A stretch of 64,000 nt of DNA. Origin: an uncultured Methanoregulaceae archaeon (GTDB lineage: Archaea > Halobacteriota > Methanomicrobia > Methanomicrobiales > Methanospirillaceae). The translations under genes and the position numbers were made by a program. Shown here in pieces: positions 1 to 10,525 of the stretch (within the stretch, counting starts at the first letter, position 1; each line of letters starts with the position of its first letter). The notes beneath the pieces were generated by a model. The model ran no database searches. It had not been told where the DNA came from and was given only the letters and a program-made list of their open reading frames with translations. The stretch lies in NCBI GenBank assembly GCA_963737635.1, contig CAVTTL010000001.1:32001-96000 (forward strand), given 5' to 3'.

Positions 1-336
1 AGCATGCGAGTAACGGCTGGAGAAGAGCTTTTCGAACTTGATGCCCGAGCCGAGCGATTCCGCGAAGAATACGATCTGCCGGGAGATTTTGTTTAACGCT
101 GCCTTGAACGCTTTGCGCTCACGGCTCTTATCTTTTCTGAGTTTCCAGAGTTTTCCTTCCTTGTAGAGTTTCGTGCAGTTTTTGATTGAAGTGCTGCGGA
201 CATAGTGTACATTTTTTCCCAGTTTCAGGACTTTCCCGCTGTCCGGATCGGCGGCAACGGCCGCGTGTCCGGTCGTGTTGAGGTCAACACCGATCCAGCG
301 GGCAGGTATGTGCTCGGATGGATGAACTTTGATCAC
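1..336 (-). CDS. TnpB/Cas12f-like RuvC-domain protein, N-terminally truncated (partial, runs off the window start)
   Basis: Manual translation from GTG at 336: VIKVHPSEHIPARWIGVDLNTTGHAAVAADPDSGKVLKLGK...RERKAFKAALNKISRQIVFFAESLGSGIKFEKL. This shows a RuvC-I hGVDLN motif, a basic bridge-helix region and a RuvC-II Glu. An in-frame TAG lies at 345-343. Confidence 0.75.
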   Translation of the reverse strand, partial: MIKVHPSEHIPARWIGVDLNTTGHAAVAADPDSGKVLKLGKNVHYVRSTSIKNCTKLYKEGKLWKLRKDKSRERKAFKAALNKISRQIVFFAESLGSGIKFEKLFSSRYSHA

Positions 337-570
337 CTTTCCCTAACCAAGTTCGCCTGCGGTACAAATTGCCTTTACAGGATTCTTGCTGCTCCGGTGT
401 CTTTTTCCTCCTCTCTATAACCGACGTTATGCTTGCCATTCCTTTAAATCTTGCGGTCAAACGACCCCGGATTCAAAAAAAAGATGATTAATCATGCTAA
501 ATTAGGTATAGGGGAAATATGTTGGGAAATCCGGGAACTCTGTTATTCCACGCATTCGAAAACCCGGGTC

Positions 571-2307
571 TCACACCATCAGCACGTATGCCGCCAATGA
601 GAGGAGAAATGCGAGGAGCAGCATCGCAAGCGAGAGCGGCGCGACAAAGATGAGCATGGCATTCACGGTACTTGCAAGCTGAGAGATCCTGTTTGAGCCA
701 AAAACGACTACGTGTTCGCACTGTGCCGTCGTCGCCGCACACTCGGCCGGTCCAAGATCGTCGACGGCAGCCCGTACGACGCGCAGGACTGCAGGAAGAA
801 ACATTTCGACCGGTATCTCCATGCCAACCGGGTTTTTCCCGGTTATTGTGTTAACTACATGCGAATCGGTCGTCATCACTTCGGCAGCATCAACCAAGGC
901 GAGAATTTTCTCAAGAAGGATCTCCCGGAGACCCGCAGCCATGTTGTTGCCGTCGAAAAGCACATAGGCAGTCCGTTGGCCGGCAGTCTCCACAACCATC
1001 ACCTGGACACCCAGATCACCGAATCCCTGCTCCCGGGAATAGGGCAGGTGCTCGTGGGCGTAACCGATAGAAAACGGCAGGAGCTCGGCGCCACTACATA
1101 CCTCCATGGCCTGAATCGCTCCGCGCTGGTACTCAGTCGCCGTCAGGGTCGCCGGGAGCACTGCAGACGAAAGATCGGTCATGCAGTTGTGGGCATCCAC
1201 AAACGCCACATGCGGGAACCAGCGGTGACCTTCGGCCATAATAGTCATGCCGATCGAGTAATCGAGGTCCTCAGTCATCAGAGGCGACCGGGTCGTAACC
1301 ATCAGGATGGCATCGCCAAACCTCTGGTATAGCACATGCACGGAACCGCACGAGAGCCGGGCGGAACGGGTTGCACCGGGAGTATATGTCCGATCCTTTT
1401 TCGAACGTTCAATTGCTTGGATGATTTTCTCGATCTCGCTTTCAGAGACCAGGTTGAAATCATGTGAGGCGCACCCGTGAGGGACCATTGTCTCCTCTTT
1501 TATATGGTCGTGGATAACCCGGGGCAGGTTGCCACCCCCAATCTCGCCCATTGGCCCGGGGTGGAGGTTGGGTATGGTAAAGAGCACGGATTCTTTTTGC
1601 GGGCGACGGAAAAAGAGGCAGACTTGCGGTACAAAGATCTCCTCGCCGATCTCCCGAAAGAAATTTTCCATTTCCTTTGAACCGTCTGTCATGTTGGCAA
1701 TAAACGCGTTGACGAACGCGAGGCCCCGGATATGGAACGCCCGGTAAAGCGGGCGCTCGATCAGCCAGACAAGGATCGCAAAACCGAGACCGAACACGAT
1801 GTGGAGGACAAGAGAAAAGACTGCCCATTCCGGAGAGAAGAGGAAAAATCCTACAATTACCCCCACACCACTCTGGGTAAGGGCAGGCAGGATCATATGG
1901 GGTATGCGGTAATCCGAGATTGCAACGAGTACGAAGAGGCGCAGGCCAAAGACAAAACCAAGGGAGATCCCATAAAAGAGAGGAAGATACCTGATACCGC
2001 CGGCAAGCGATGCGAGGGTGATAATGACGGCAAAGACCGTACAGGCAAGCGCAAGGAGAGCCGAACGGTTCCAGGTCATCGTTTTGCCGGAATACTCAAT
2101 GATCGGTTTTGTCAGGAGGAATGCAGCAATCGCCGGGAGCGTAAACGCGAGGGTACCTGAGAACGGCAGGTAAACCCAGGCGCGGGAACTCGCGCCGTCA
2201 ATAACAATACCCAGAATAATGAGGATAAGAAGGGACAACGGCCACGATGGTGCAGTAAAAAGGTATTTGGTGAGCTGCCCGAGTTTTACATCACTAGCGA
2301 TTGCCAT
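571..2307 (-). CDS. DUF2070 family membrane protein
   Basis: 578 aa with N-terminal TM helices; HPGP, HG..SHDFN, DAHN, DGNN and TTDSH motifs typical of this archaeal family. Confidence 0.8.
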   Translation of the reverse strand: MAIASDVKLGQLTKYLFTAPSWPLSLLILIILGIVIDGASSRAWVYLPFSGTLAFTLPAIAAFLLTKPIIEYSGKTMTWNRSALLALACTVFAVIITLASLAGGIRYLPLFYGISLGFVFGLRLFVLVAISDYRIPHMILPALTQSGVGVIVGFFLFSPEWAVFSLVLHIVFGLGFAILVWLIERPLYRAFHIRGLAFVNAFIANMTDGSKEMENFFREIGEEIFVPQVCLFFRRPQKESVLFTIPNLHPGPMGEIGGGNLPRVIHDHIKEETMVPHGCASHDFNLVSESEIEKIIQAIERSKKDRTYTPGATRSARLSCGSVHVLYQRFGDAILMVTTRSPLMTEDLDYSIGMTIMAEGHRWFPHVAFVDAHNCMTDLSSAVLPATLTATEYQRGAIQAMEVCSGAELLPFSIGYAHEHLPYSREQGFGDLGVQVMVVETAGQRTAYVLFDGNNMAAGLREILLEKILALVDAAEVMTTDSHVVNTITGKNPVGMEIPVEMFLPAVLRVVRAAVDDLGPAECAATTAQCEHVVVFGSNRISQLASTVNAMLIFVAPLSLAMLLLAFLLSLAAYVLMV

Positions 2308-2367
2308 CAGGCAAAACCCCCGAGAATAGGTTCAGACCGGTTGGTTCCTGCGTGGATCTCTGTCATA

Positions 2368-3264
2368 TTACTCCCGCGTCGGCACTGATTCGATCGCGCC
2401 GAAATGTGTACGGTACCGTTCGAGCATCTGGGCCCAAGTGGGCAGGTGTGTCTGGCATCCGGCATGTTCCACGACATAGGAGGCAGTGACCGTCCCAATC
2501 CGGCAGCAGGTAAGTGGGGCATACCCCCGGACGTACGCGGACAGGAACCCGGCCCGGTACGCGTCCCCCGCGCCAGTCGGATCACAGAGTGATACCGGCA
2601 CGACCGGGATGAAGTGTTCCCTGCCGTCCATATACAGCGTACTCCCGTCGCCGCTCATAGTAAATATTGCCATAGCAACTTCTTTGATAAGATCTGCTTT
2701 TGTCTTCCCGAGCGTCGTGCACATCTGTTGCACCTCGTGCTGGTTGGCAAACAGGATATCGGTGTTGGCAATAATGGATTCGAGCTGTTCTTTTGTGTAC
2801 CAGAAAACATCCTGTCCCGGATCAAACGAGACAAACTCGCTTTTTTGTGCCACCCGGCAATTAAATTCGGGATCGGCTGTCGCCATGTGGACGAGGGGGA
2901 GCGCCGGGGCTTCCGCTGTCGCGAATGCCTGTGAAGCACCCCATTCAAAGAACGTCATCTGGTTCCCCGCTTCCTCCGTAAACATGAACGCGGTTGGAGT
3001 GTGGGTTCCCGGTACCTCAAAGAACTGTCGGTGGATCCCAGACCGGTCCATCCATTTCTCATAGTCGCTCCCGGCAAAATCATCACCGACGCAGGAGTGA
3101 AGCGTGACCAACTCCCCAAGCATGGCAATCCCGGCTGCAATATTAGACGCTCCGCCACCGAAGAAAATCTGCCGGTCGGTGATGTGGGTCGACTGGTTTT
3201 TTTCAGGAAGATGATGCACGCGGGAGATATAGTCGATCGCCGTGTGTCCTACAACATGGATCAT
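2368..3264 (-). CDS. PfkB family carbohydrate/nucleoside kinase
   Basis: [10 protein letters not shown] and [12 protein letters not shown] PfkB signatures. Confidence 0.9.
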   Translation of the reverse strand: MIHVVGHTAIDYISRVHHLPEKNQSTHITDRQIFFGGGASNIAAGIAMLGELVTLHSCVGDDFAGSDYEKWMDRSGIHRQFFEVPGTHTPTAFMFTEEAGNQMTFFEWGASQAFATAEAPALPLVHMATADPEFNCRVAQKSEFVSFDPGQDVFWYTKEQLESIIANTDILFANQHEVQQMCTTLGKTKADLIKEVAMAIFTMSGDGSTLYMDGREHFIPVVPVSLCDPTGAGDAYRAGFLSAYVRGYAPLTCCRIGTVTASYVVEHAGCQTHLPTWAQMLERYRTHFGAIESVPTRE

Positions 3265-3598
3265 AATTCCTGCACGTCCAGAAGTTTTAAGGGAATTTCA
3301 CGGAGTGCTTTTCCAATCACCGACTTCGCAATCCGGCTGGCATGCTCCTTTGATTCGGCCCTGAATACTTTCATCTCAAGCACGAGCCCGACAAGCGCGG
3401 TATCGGCTACTACAATAGCACTCGAAAGCTGCTGTTCGCAGAACGGGCAGGCAAGCATGCCCGCTTCGACTTCAACAAACTTTGCCGAGGGGTTAAGCTT
3501 TTTCCCGCTTCACTGATTGCAATCCCTATCGCATCGTCAAGCGACTTTGCTTCCTTGATGTACCACGCTGATTCAAGTGTCACCAGATAGTCCGGCAT
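3261..3598 (-). CDS. DUF555/UPF0212 family protein (frameshift at ~3499, likely sequencing error)
   Basis: [12 protein letters not shown]...[11 protein letters not shown] joins [20 protein letters not shown]...[13 protein letters not shown] in a second frame. Confidence 0.8.
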
Positions 3599-3626
3599 AG
3601 TTTTCACCCAAGAGATCCTGCCCGTT

Positions 3627-4154
3627 TTACCATATGTCGCGGTGGATATGCTCCCCGATATCCATGCGCCCCGCCCTCTGGGACGGTAGACGGCCGTGTC
3701 CTGCCGCAAGGAGCGCAAGCGGCCGTACATGTGGAGGCAACCCGAGGATTTCCCGTACTTCATCCTCGTCAAATGCCCCGGTCCAGCACGTGCAGAGATT
3801 GTGGGCATGGGCGGCAAGCATCATGTATGTGCAGGCGATAGTTGCATCCTCAACAGCATAGAGTATCCCGCGTTCGCCGTACTGCGACATCGAACGCACG
3901 TAGTTGGCACAGACAACAAAGAGGGCAGGTGCTTCCCCGACATGCTGTTGGCCAAAGGCAGCTTCCGCAAGGGCGAGTCGCAACTCGGTATCAGTTACTA
4001 CCACGACATCCCACGCCTCAAGGTTACCTGCACTCGGTGCAGTGCCTGCACAGGAAGCAATGTAGTCAATCTCGTCCTGATTCAGCGGCGTTTCCTCGTA
4101 TTCCCGAACCGATGACCGGCCCGACAGAAAACCCGGAAAATCAGAGGAGTCCAT
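3627..4154 (-). CDS. Nitroreductase family protein
   Basis: [17 protein letters not shown] and TCWTGAF motifs. Confidence 0.9.
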   Translation of the reverse strand: MDSSDFPGFLSGRSSVREYEETPLNQDEIDYIASCAGTAPSAGNLEAWDVVVVTDTELRLALAEAAFGQQHVGEAPALFVVCANYVRSMSQYGERGILYAVEDATIACTYMMLAAHAHNLCTCWTGAFDEDEVREILGLPPHVRPLALLAAGHGRLPSQRAGRMDIGEHIHRDIW

Positions 4155-4512
4155 GATCCGAGAGTTCCTGCCATGCTTTCTGCGCCGGTGTAGTTGACGC
4201 GCTTATGGCGGCGGCAAGCTTCTCTGATGCTTGCTCGGGCTGGTCGCTCTCCACAAGCGATATCGCTTCGTTAAGGGAATGTATTGCCTGTTCGAATTCC
4301 TTCTCACCTGTACTCTTCGCCGCAAAGGCCACCTCGGTTCTGACCTGCTCCATCAGAAGGAGAAGCAGTTTCCTGCCGCCGCTCTTCTGGGTATCGGGAA
4401 ATCCGGTAAGCGCTTGGCAAAGCTGCGACACAACGATCAGCTCGGATTTCGCCCGTTCTCCGAACTGGTAACTTTTCACTGCGGTTGGAAGATCCATACT
4501 CACCATAGTCAC
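4141..4512 (-). CDS. Hypothetical helical protein
   Basis: 123 aa ORF overlapping the nitroreductase start on the same strand. Confidence 0.65.
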   Translation of the reverse strand: MTMVSMDLPTAVKSYQFGERAKSELIVVSQLCQALTGFPDTQKSGGRKLLLLLMEQVRTEVAFAAKSTGEKEFEQAIHSLNEAISLVESDQPEQASEKLAAAISASTTPAQKAWQELSDHGLL

Positions 4513-4651
4513 TGAAGATAAATGATAATTATGATTCTGTCAGGTTAAAACAGGATGCAACAGAAAACTTCGAAAAAAAACAGTTGGAAAAATGCCCTCC
4601 CGGGGCATTGTACCCCGGTCATTGCTCGCTGATCAGATGGTATCTTTTGCG

Positions 4652-4993
4652 TTATCTCGCAGCCTTTGCCTTGGCACCGAGCACCGAAACCTTTGACCGG
4701 CGCATGCGCCTGCGGATAAGCGGACTCGCTGTAGACTCGTTCATTCCTGAACCGCCAGACCGATCGCCACCGCGCCTTCCACCACGGCTGCCTCCGCGCC
4801 GTCCGCCTCGGCCGCCTCGGCCGCCGCGCTGCTCTTCGGCTGCTGCCTGATCCATCTTCTTTAAGTTGATACTTGACTTGAATCTCTGGTTAGGTCCAGG
4901 ACTCTTGCGTTCCCCTTCTTTTTTGGGAACGAGCCGGATCTGGCCTTTGACACCTTTGACCTGTGACCAGAGGGTTGTACCTGTCTTGCCCAT
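4652..4993 (-). CDS. DUF5350-like small basic protein with RGG-rich tract
   Basis: MGKTGTTLWSQVKGVKGQIRLVP N-terminus, RGGRGGRGGRRGG low-complexity segment, basic C-terminus. Confidence 0.7.
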   Translation of the reverse strand: MGKTGTTLWSQVKGVKGQIRLVPKKEGERKSPGPNQRFKSSINLKKMDQAAAEEQRGGRGGRGGRRGGSRGGRRGGDRSGGSGMNESTASPLIRRRMRRSKVSVLGAKAKAAR

Positions 4994-5075
4994 ATGCTAA
5001 AACTCCTCATTTAATTCTGCCGTGTGACAGATAAAGGTTGGGGAGGGAAAATATCCCCATCAGACAATAACGCCA

Positions 5076-5807
5076 TTATTCCTTGGGTTTCCTTGCATCT
5101 ACACAGATGTTATATGCCAGCTGGGGAATCCGGCGCTCGATGAAAGGCTCCACCCGACGCGCAAGATGGAAAAGCGGATCGCCCATGTCGATATGGGCAA
5201 ACGAGCACCAGCTGACTTTTATATCACAAAAGCCCGCATCACTGAAGAGCTCGCCCATCTCCTCTTCATCGTAGTAATACTCACCGAAATCTTTCATGAC
5301 AACATGCCTGATCCGGATCTTCTCGCTTATGTGGTAAATCACCGGAATGCCGCAGGTCAGCAGTTTTTTCCCGAGCGTGCAGATCGAGATCGATCCTCCC
5401 GGACGAAGTACGCGGTTTGCCTCCTGAAGCATAGCCGGGGGATCACGCAGGTAGCTAAAGACAAGGAGACTTGAGATCGCATCAAATGAGTTATCGCGGA
5501 AAGGAAGGCGTTCTCCTGTTCCCAGGGAAAAATCGGAGCAGCTGCACCGGTCGCGTGCCCGCCCGATCATGTTCCTGCTCAGATCGATACCGACAGCAGT
5601 TCCCCCGTACCGAAGATATTTTTCGATAAAAAGACCGGTACCGCATCCGATATCAAGAAGGTCACCGCCCCGGGGAAGGGCTTCCATCACGTGGCGGCTG
5701 ATGCGTGTATGGTAGAACCGGCCGCGTGGATGATCGTAGTGAAGATCGTAAACGTCAGCAATTTCGTCGTAATGCTGCTGAATCTTCTCCTGTTTTACCA
5801 TGCTCAT
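5076..5807 (-). CDS. Class I SAM-dependent methyltransferase
   Basis: LLDIGCGTG, LPFRDNSFD and RVLRPGG motifs. Confidence 0.9.
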   Translation of the reverse strand: MSMVKQEKIQQHYDEIADVYDLHYDHPRGRFYHTRISRHVMEALPRGGDLLDIGCGTGLFIEKYLRYGGTAVGIDLSRNMIGRARDRCSCSDFSLGTGERLPFRDNSFDAISSLLVFSYLRDPPAMLQEANRVLRPGGSISICTLGKKLLTCGIPVIYHISEKIRIRHVVMKDFGEYYYDEEEMGELFSDAGFCDIKVSWCSFAHIDMGDPLFHLARRVEPFIERRIPQLAYNICVDARKPKE

Positions 5808-6802
5808 GGAAATAGCCTCCTGATACTGGTTGCAAACGCATCGATCTGGACATAGTCGTTGTTCGCGTGCCCGAGCCGGGTATCCGCTTCAGCAAGGGCA
5901 ATTGCAAGCAGCGGGTGATTATATTCCCTCTGGGCAACCATCCGGATCTCCGACAATACTTCCCGACCAGAAAGACCATAATCGATCATAAGGGATTCAA
6001 GCTGGCGGATACCCCCCCTGACATCTCCCGTCTTGATAAGACCGATGGCCGAACCGGCGACCGTGCCGGTCTCGGATTGCGATAATGCGGCAAGGTTACT
6101 GCACGAACCGGCTTGGAACGCAGCCTGGAGCATCAGGATTCCCTTGCGCATATCCCCTTGAGCCGCCACGGCAATCAGTTCGAGATCATCATTCGAACAG
6201 CTGAATTGCGCTCTCTGCGCTTCACATTCCCGGATCTTCCTGAGCTGCGAGATGAGCACACCAGAGGAAAGAGGAGTAAAGGGCAGCGGCAGGCAGCGCG
6301 AGCTAATCGCAGGAATAACAGCACTCTGGTTGGTTGTCGAAAAGACAAACCTGCAGGTAGTACTGTACCGCTCCATAATCCTGCGTAATGCCTGCTGGGC
6401 CTCGCGGGTGAGGGCGTGTGCGTCCTCAAAGACCATCAGCTTGAAATCCGCGTCGAGTGGACGAATCGAAGCATACCATTTCAGGATATACTTAAAATTC
6501 ACGATCAGACTCTGGCCTTTCTGGTACAGATGGATGTATCGCTCATCTTCTTCGAGCAGTTTTTTTCCCTGTGAGAAGAGATCAGCGGTCTGGAAGATCG
6601 ACGTATTTGCCTCCCAGTTCACCCCATACATCTGCTCCGCGAAGCACCGGATTGCAGCGCTCTTTCCTGTTCCGTGAGGACCGGCAAGCATCAGGTGCGG
6701 GATTGTGCCGGAGGCTGCAAAAGAGGACAGGAGTTCAATGACCCGGTCCTGCCCCACGATCTCATCGAACCGCACCGGGCGGTAGCGCTCAGTCCAGAGC
6801 AT
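5804..6802 (-). CDS. rfcS: Replication factor C small subunit (second, divergent paralog)
   Basis: LWTERYRP, Walker A GPHGTGKS, AQQALRRIME and SRC motifs. Confidence 0.88.
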   Translation of the reverse strand: MLWTERYRPVRFDEIVGQDRVIELLSSFAASGTIPHLMLAGPHGTGKSAAIRCFAEQMYGVNWEANTSIFQTADLFSQGKKLLEEDERYIHLYQKGQSLIVNFKYILKWYASIRPLDADFKLMVFEDAHALTREAQQALRRIMERYSTTCRFVFSTTNQSAVIPAISSRCLPLPFTPLSSGVLISQLRKIRECEAQRAQFSCSNDDLELIAVAAQGDMRKGILMLQAAFQAGSCSNLAALSQSETGTVAGSAIGLIKTGDVRGGIRQLESLMIDYGLSGREVLSEIRMVAQREYNHPLLAIALAEADTRLGHANNDYVQIDAFATSIRRLFP

Positions 6803-7520
6803 TTTTTAACCTCGCGGCTATCTCGTCACGCGCCTCCCTGAGGAAAACGTGATTGTCCAGCACCGCAACCAGATCGCGGCATTCTTCATTAGTCAGAGAT
6901 GTGCAGGCCTCGGTTATGACCGGCAGGGCACGGGTCACTTCGTCAACGATGGTAAGGGTCGCCTTTTCTGCGGTGCGGGAAAGGGGATTAAGATCGATTG
7001 CAATCACTTTTTTTCCCATCGCAACCAGTACCCCGCACCGGTCGCCATCCTCAAGCGGCACAAGAACCACATCGGCCGCATACATACCCTCACGCCGGCA
7101 CCAAGCTCTATCGTGCGAAAGAGGGAGCAGGCGTTCGGCAACACCGGAAAAGACCTCGGCCCCCGCCGCCTGAAGCAGGGTTTCAATCTGTTTTACTCGT
7201 TCCGGGGTACGATGGAAGAGGTTGACCTCGACGAGTGCGCCGGTTGCTTTCTGGAGAAGCGCGATCTCGTTTGCTGCAAGAGCCGCAGTGTTGCCATTCA
7301 CCGAGATGACCGGGTGATGTGCGGTGCGGATCAAGGCCGCTGCCGTCCGCTCAGCCCGGCGGGCGCTCTCGCTTGTTTTTTCCCCAAGCAGGTAATCGAA
7401 CGCTTCGCCACGCCCATGGGAGATAAGACCTTCCCATGAGACGATGCCCGATTGCGCGCACTCTGCAAGATGTTCCCGGGTGACAAGCGACAGGTAGCGG
7501 GGATGATCCCGGGGAATCAT
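6789..7520 (-). CDS. pps: 4-phosphopantoate--beta-alanine ligase (archaeal phosphopantothenate synthetase)
   Basis: HPRYLSL, HGRGEAFDYLLGE, VPLEDGDR and IDLNPLSRT motifs; in an operon with PoK and coaBC. Confidence 0.92.
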   Translation of the reverse strand: MIPRDHPRYLSLVTREHLAECAQSGIVSWEGLISHGRGEAFDYLLGEKTSESARRAERTAAALIRTAHHPVISVNGNTAALAANEIALLQKATGALVEVNLFHRTPERVKQIETLLQAAGAEVFSGVAERLLPLSHDRAWCRREGMYAADVVLVPLEDGDRCGVLVAMGKKVIAIDLNPLSRTAEKATLTIVDEVTRALPVITEACTSLTNEECRDLVAVLDNHVFLREARDEIAARLKNALD

Positions 7521-8383
7521 GGTACAACCTCCACAATGCGGGTCCCGGAATCGGCCATACCCATCCCATATACTTCACCAAACTGACGGAGCGCATCGCA
7601 GGCCCGATCGCCATAGGCAAATACCCCTTCGCCAAGCATGGTCATAGCAGCCGGAATACCTTCCCGGTCGCATTCGGTTAACACCCGGTGTACCGCGGGT
7701 GTCTCAAGTCCGCTTGCTGCGGAAAATGTCCGGCAACAGGAGAAAAATTCCTTAAAGGTCTCCGGCTGGCATCGGGGAAATGCTGCAGCTACCCGTGCCA
7801 TCTGCGCAGGGGACCCCAGCACCTGCGGCGTATGGATCGGGCCGAAACTGATAGCACAGACCGGGGCATCGAGATCGAAACTGCGAAGAATAGTGCCGTG
7901 AATACCGGGGCCGGTCCTTACTACACGACCGCCACCCTGGCATGCGGCGACATCCCCAAGGCCTGTACGGAATATGACTTCGGTCTCGTGGGCACATTCT
8001 GCTATTTCCTCTCTGGAGAGACCCAGATTCAAAAGCCGGTTAGTTGCCGTGATCGTAGCGAGCAGCGCTGCCGCCGAGAGACCAAAACCGGCACCGATGG
8101 GAAGCCTGCAGATTGTTTCCACGGCAACAGTCACACCGAGTCTTTCAAGCGCTGAAGAAAGGGGAGGGGAGGCACGGGAAACTTCCAGGAGTTTTCCTTC
8201 CGGTGACTGAATCCGCACAATCACCGAGAACACGCGAGCTGATCTCACCGTTGCAGTCACTCCCTCACTTATTACAATACCAGCGCCAATGCTCCCCGTT
8301 GTTGCTGTATCGTGCCCGTCAATCCTCCGGAAATACCCGGAGATATGACCGGGACAGAACGCTGTCACGGATGCAGGTGTCAT
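7517..8383 (-). CDS. pok: Pantoate kinase (GHMP family)
   Basis: AFCPGHISGYF, TGSIGAG, PIGAGFGLSAA and TGLGDV motifs; start placed at ATG 8383. Confidence 0.9.
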   Translation of the reverse strand: MTPASVTAFCPGHISGYFRRIDGHDTATTGSIGAGIVISEGVTATVRSARVFSVIVRIQSPEGKLLEVSRASPPLSSALERLGVTVAVETICRLPIGAGFGLSAAALLATITATNRLLNLGLSREEIAECAHETEVIFRTGLGDVAACQGGGRVVRTGPGIHGTILRSFDLDAPVCAISFGPIHTPQVLGSPAQMARVAAAFPRCQPETFKEFFSCCRTFSAASGLETPAVHRVLTECDREGIPAAMTMLGEGVFAYGDRACDALRQFGEVYGMGMADSGTRIVEVVP

Positions 8384-8466
8384 GGCAGTCTCGTACCTGT
8401 CATATCTGGTTGGACGTCCGGCTCTTTTAGGAGTTGCGCTTACGGAGTCATGGTGGAGCGGTCCGG

Positions 8467-9636
8467 TCAGGAATCCCTCTCCACTTCCATACCCGAAAGG
8501 ATCATCTGCCAGATCCGGGCTGCAATTTCCTCTTTTGTCCCGGAGACGAAGGTACCGGTCGTAGTAGTTCCCGTAAGAACGCGATAAGAGCCAGTGGCCG
8601 TACCCATGCTCTCCGGGGTATTGGCAATCACCATCCACGCGCCGCGTGCAAGCAGTGCCTTTGCCTCCGGTAGGGGTTTTCTCCCAATCTTAAACGCGAT
8701 TACCCGCGTATCTTCATGGTTAAGGACCCGATCAATCAGTTTAGGGAGAGGTACCAGGTCAACGGTAACCGGTTTCCCGCTTGCGATCTTACCCTCGACT
8801 TTTTTGGGGGCAAAATCCGAGATAGCAGCCGCACTGATATACAGGTCCGGACTGCTTCTTTCGAGATACTTCGCGATAGCTTCCTGCATCTCTTCCGCGG
8901 TCTCCACCGGTGCGTTCTCCACGCAGGGAAGGGTTCCGTTGTGGATAATAGTGACGTCGGCGCCACGCCGCCATGCTTCAAGCGCGATCTCCTGCCCCAT
9001 CTGTCCGCTTGACCGTGTAGTCAGCACCCTCACGTCATCCACAGGTTCGCGGCAGGCCCCGCTTGTGATAAGTACTTTTTTCCCGGCAAGCGGTTTACCC
9101 AGAACGGCCCGCTCACAGCGAAGGATGATCTCCCCGGTGTCGGCGATCTTCGCCTTTTGTTCTTCGATCTTCGGGCCAGCGAACCCGACACCCCATGATT
9201 CGAGAATCCTGATGTTCTTGACCACCGCCGGATGCCGGTACATGCTGTGGTGCATCGCGGGTACTACCAGCACCGGCATCCCGCTCCCGAGTGCAGTCGT
9301 GGCAAACGTCGTAACCGGGGTATCATCAATTCCGCAGGCAACTTTTCCGAGGGTGTTTGCGGTACAGGGTGCGATGAGCAGGAGGGAGGCACTTCCTCCG
9401 TCACCGCAGCAGGTCACGTGTTCCACATTCCCCGAGAGTCGGGTGATCGTCTGCCTGCCGCTTGCATACGTGAGTGCATCGGGGTGGATGATTCCCTGTG
9501 CCGCTTCACTCATAACAGGCTGGACTTCTGCGCCTTTCCTGCGAAGAGCATGGATCAGCTTCACCGTCTCGACCGCTGCAATACTTCCGGTAACACCGAT
9601 CACGATCTCTTTTCCGGCAAGAGTCTGTACGGTCAT
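8467..9636 (-). CDS. coaBC: Bifunctional phosphopantothenoylcysteine decarboxylase/synthase
   Basis: GVTGSIAA, APCTANTLGK, PAMH, SSGQMG and AAISDF motifs. Confidence 0.95.
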   Translation of the reverse strand: MTVQTLAGKEIVIGVTGSIAAVETVKLIHALRRKGAEVQPVMSEAAQGIIHPDALTYASGRQTITRLSGNVEHVTCCGDGGSASLLLIAPCTANTLGKVACGIDDTPVTTFATTALGSGMPVLVVPAMHHSMYRHPAVVKNIRILESWGVGFAGPKIEEQKAKIADTGEIILRCERAVLGKPLAGKKVLITSGACREPVDDVRVLTTRSSGQMGQEIALEAWRRGADVTIIHNGTLPCVENAPVETAEEMQEAIAKYLERSSPDLYISAAAISDFAPKKVEGKIASGKPVTVDLVPLPKLIDRVLNHEDTRVIAFKIGRKPLPEAKALLARGAWMVIANTPESMGTATGSYRVLTGTTTTGTFVSGTKEEIAARIWQMILSGMEVERDS

Positions 9637-10511
9637 GAGAGGGCCACATCCTGCACGATATGCCATGTGTGCGGGCGGTATTTCTTCACCTTATGTACTT
9701 GGATAGATGCAGAAAAACCTGCGCCTTCAACCTTTTCCCGGATCGCATCGGAAGCATCGCCGATGCTGTGTACGTGAACAACGCTCCCCGCATTCACATG
9801 GGAAAAGACGGCAGGCAGCATGCTGACGGCATCGAAATGCCCCATCACCACACGGTCATAGGTACCATTAAGCAGGGCCCGGCAGTCACCGCGGGATACA
9901 CTCACGTAGCCGGTGAGACCGTTCCCTGCGATATTCTGTTTCAGGTACTCAAAGGCAACAGGATTAATTTCCATTGCATGGACCCGGGCTCCGCTCCCTG
10001 CCATAGGAATGGTGAAGTACCCGATACCGGCGAACATATCAGCTACCTGTGCATCAGCAGGCCCTTCACGGATAAGCCGGGCCATCCTTGCCTTTTCATC
10101 GTGGTTCCCTTGGGCGAACATTACTTTGGTGGGATCGAGACGGTACATAAACCCGTCTTCCCGGTGACATACGTCACCGACACTGCCCCACAGGATCTCC
10201 GTTTCCGGGGTACGGGTCACCAGAGCAAGAGATTCTATCCAGAGCACACCGCGTGGGTGCCGGAACCGGACAAGTTCCTCGACCTCCTGCGTTGTGGGCC
10301 TGTTTCCGTGGACTACCGCCACATCACCCAGCAAAAAAAAACCGCGGCCGCGATACGACTGGCGCTCCGGGATCTCACGTTCGAACGAACATCCTTTCCT
10401 CACCGGCACCCATGCGGTCTCCCCTTCAAGGTAGGGCCGCCGGGTTACGTCAACCCATGCTGCACTGCGCACCGCGGCCAGCTGATCCTTGCGTACTGCC
10501 CTTGCTCGCAT
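9633..10511 (-). CDS. Trm5/Taw2(TYW2)-family tRNA-modifying SAM-dependent transferase
   Basis: KVMFAQGNHDEKARM, DMFAGIGYFTIP, EINPVAF and KVKKYRP motifs. Confidence 0.85.
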   Translation of the reverse strand: MRARAVRKDQLAAVRSAAWVDVTRRPYLEGETAWVPVRKGCSFEREIPERQSYRGRGFFLLGDVAVVHGNRPTTQEVEELVRFRHPRGVLWIESLALVTRTPETEILWGSVGDVCHREDGFMYRLDPTKVMFAQGNHDEKARMARLIREGPADAQVADMFAGIGYFTIPMAGSGARVHAMEINPVAFEYLKQNIAGNGLTGYVSVSRGDCRALLNGTYDRVVMGHFDAVSMLPAVFSHVNAGSVVHVHSIGDASDAIREKVEGAGFSASIQVHKVKKYRPHTWHIVQDVALS

Positions 10512-10525
10512 ACAGGACCTGTGGT

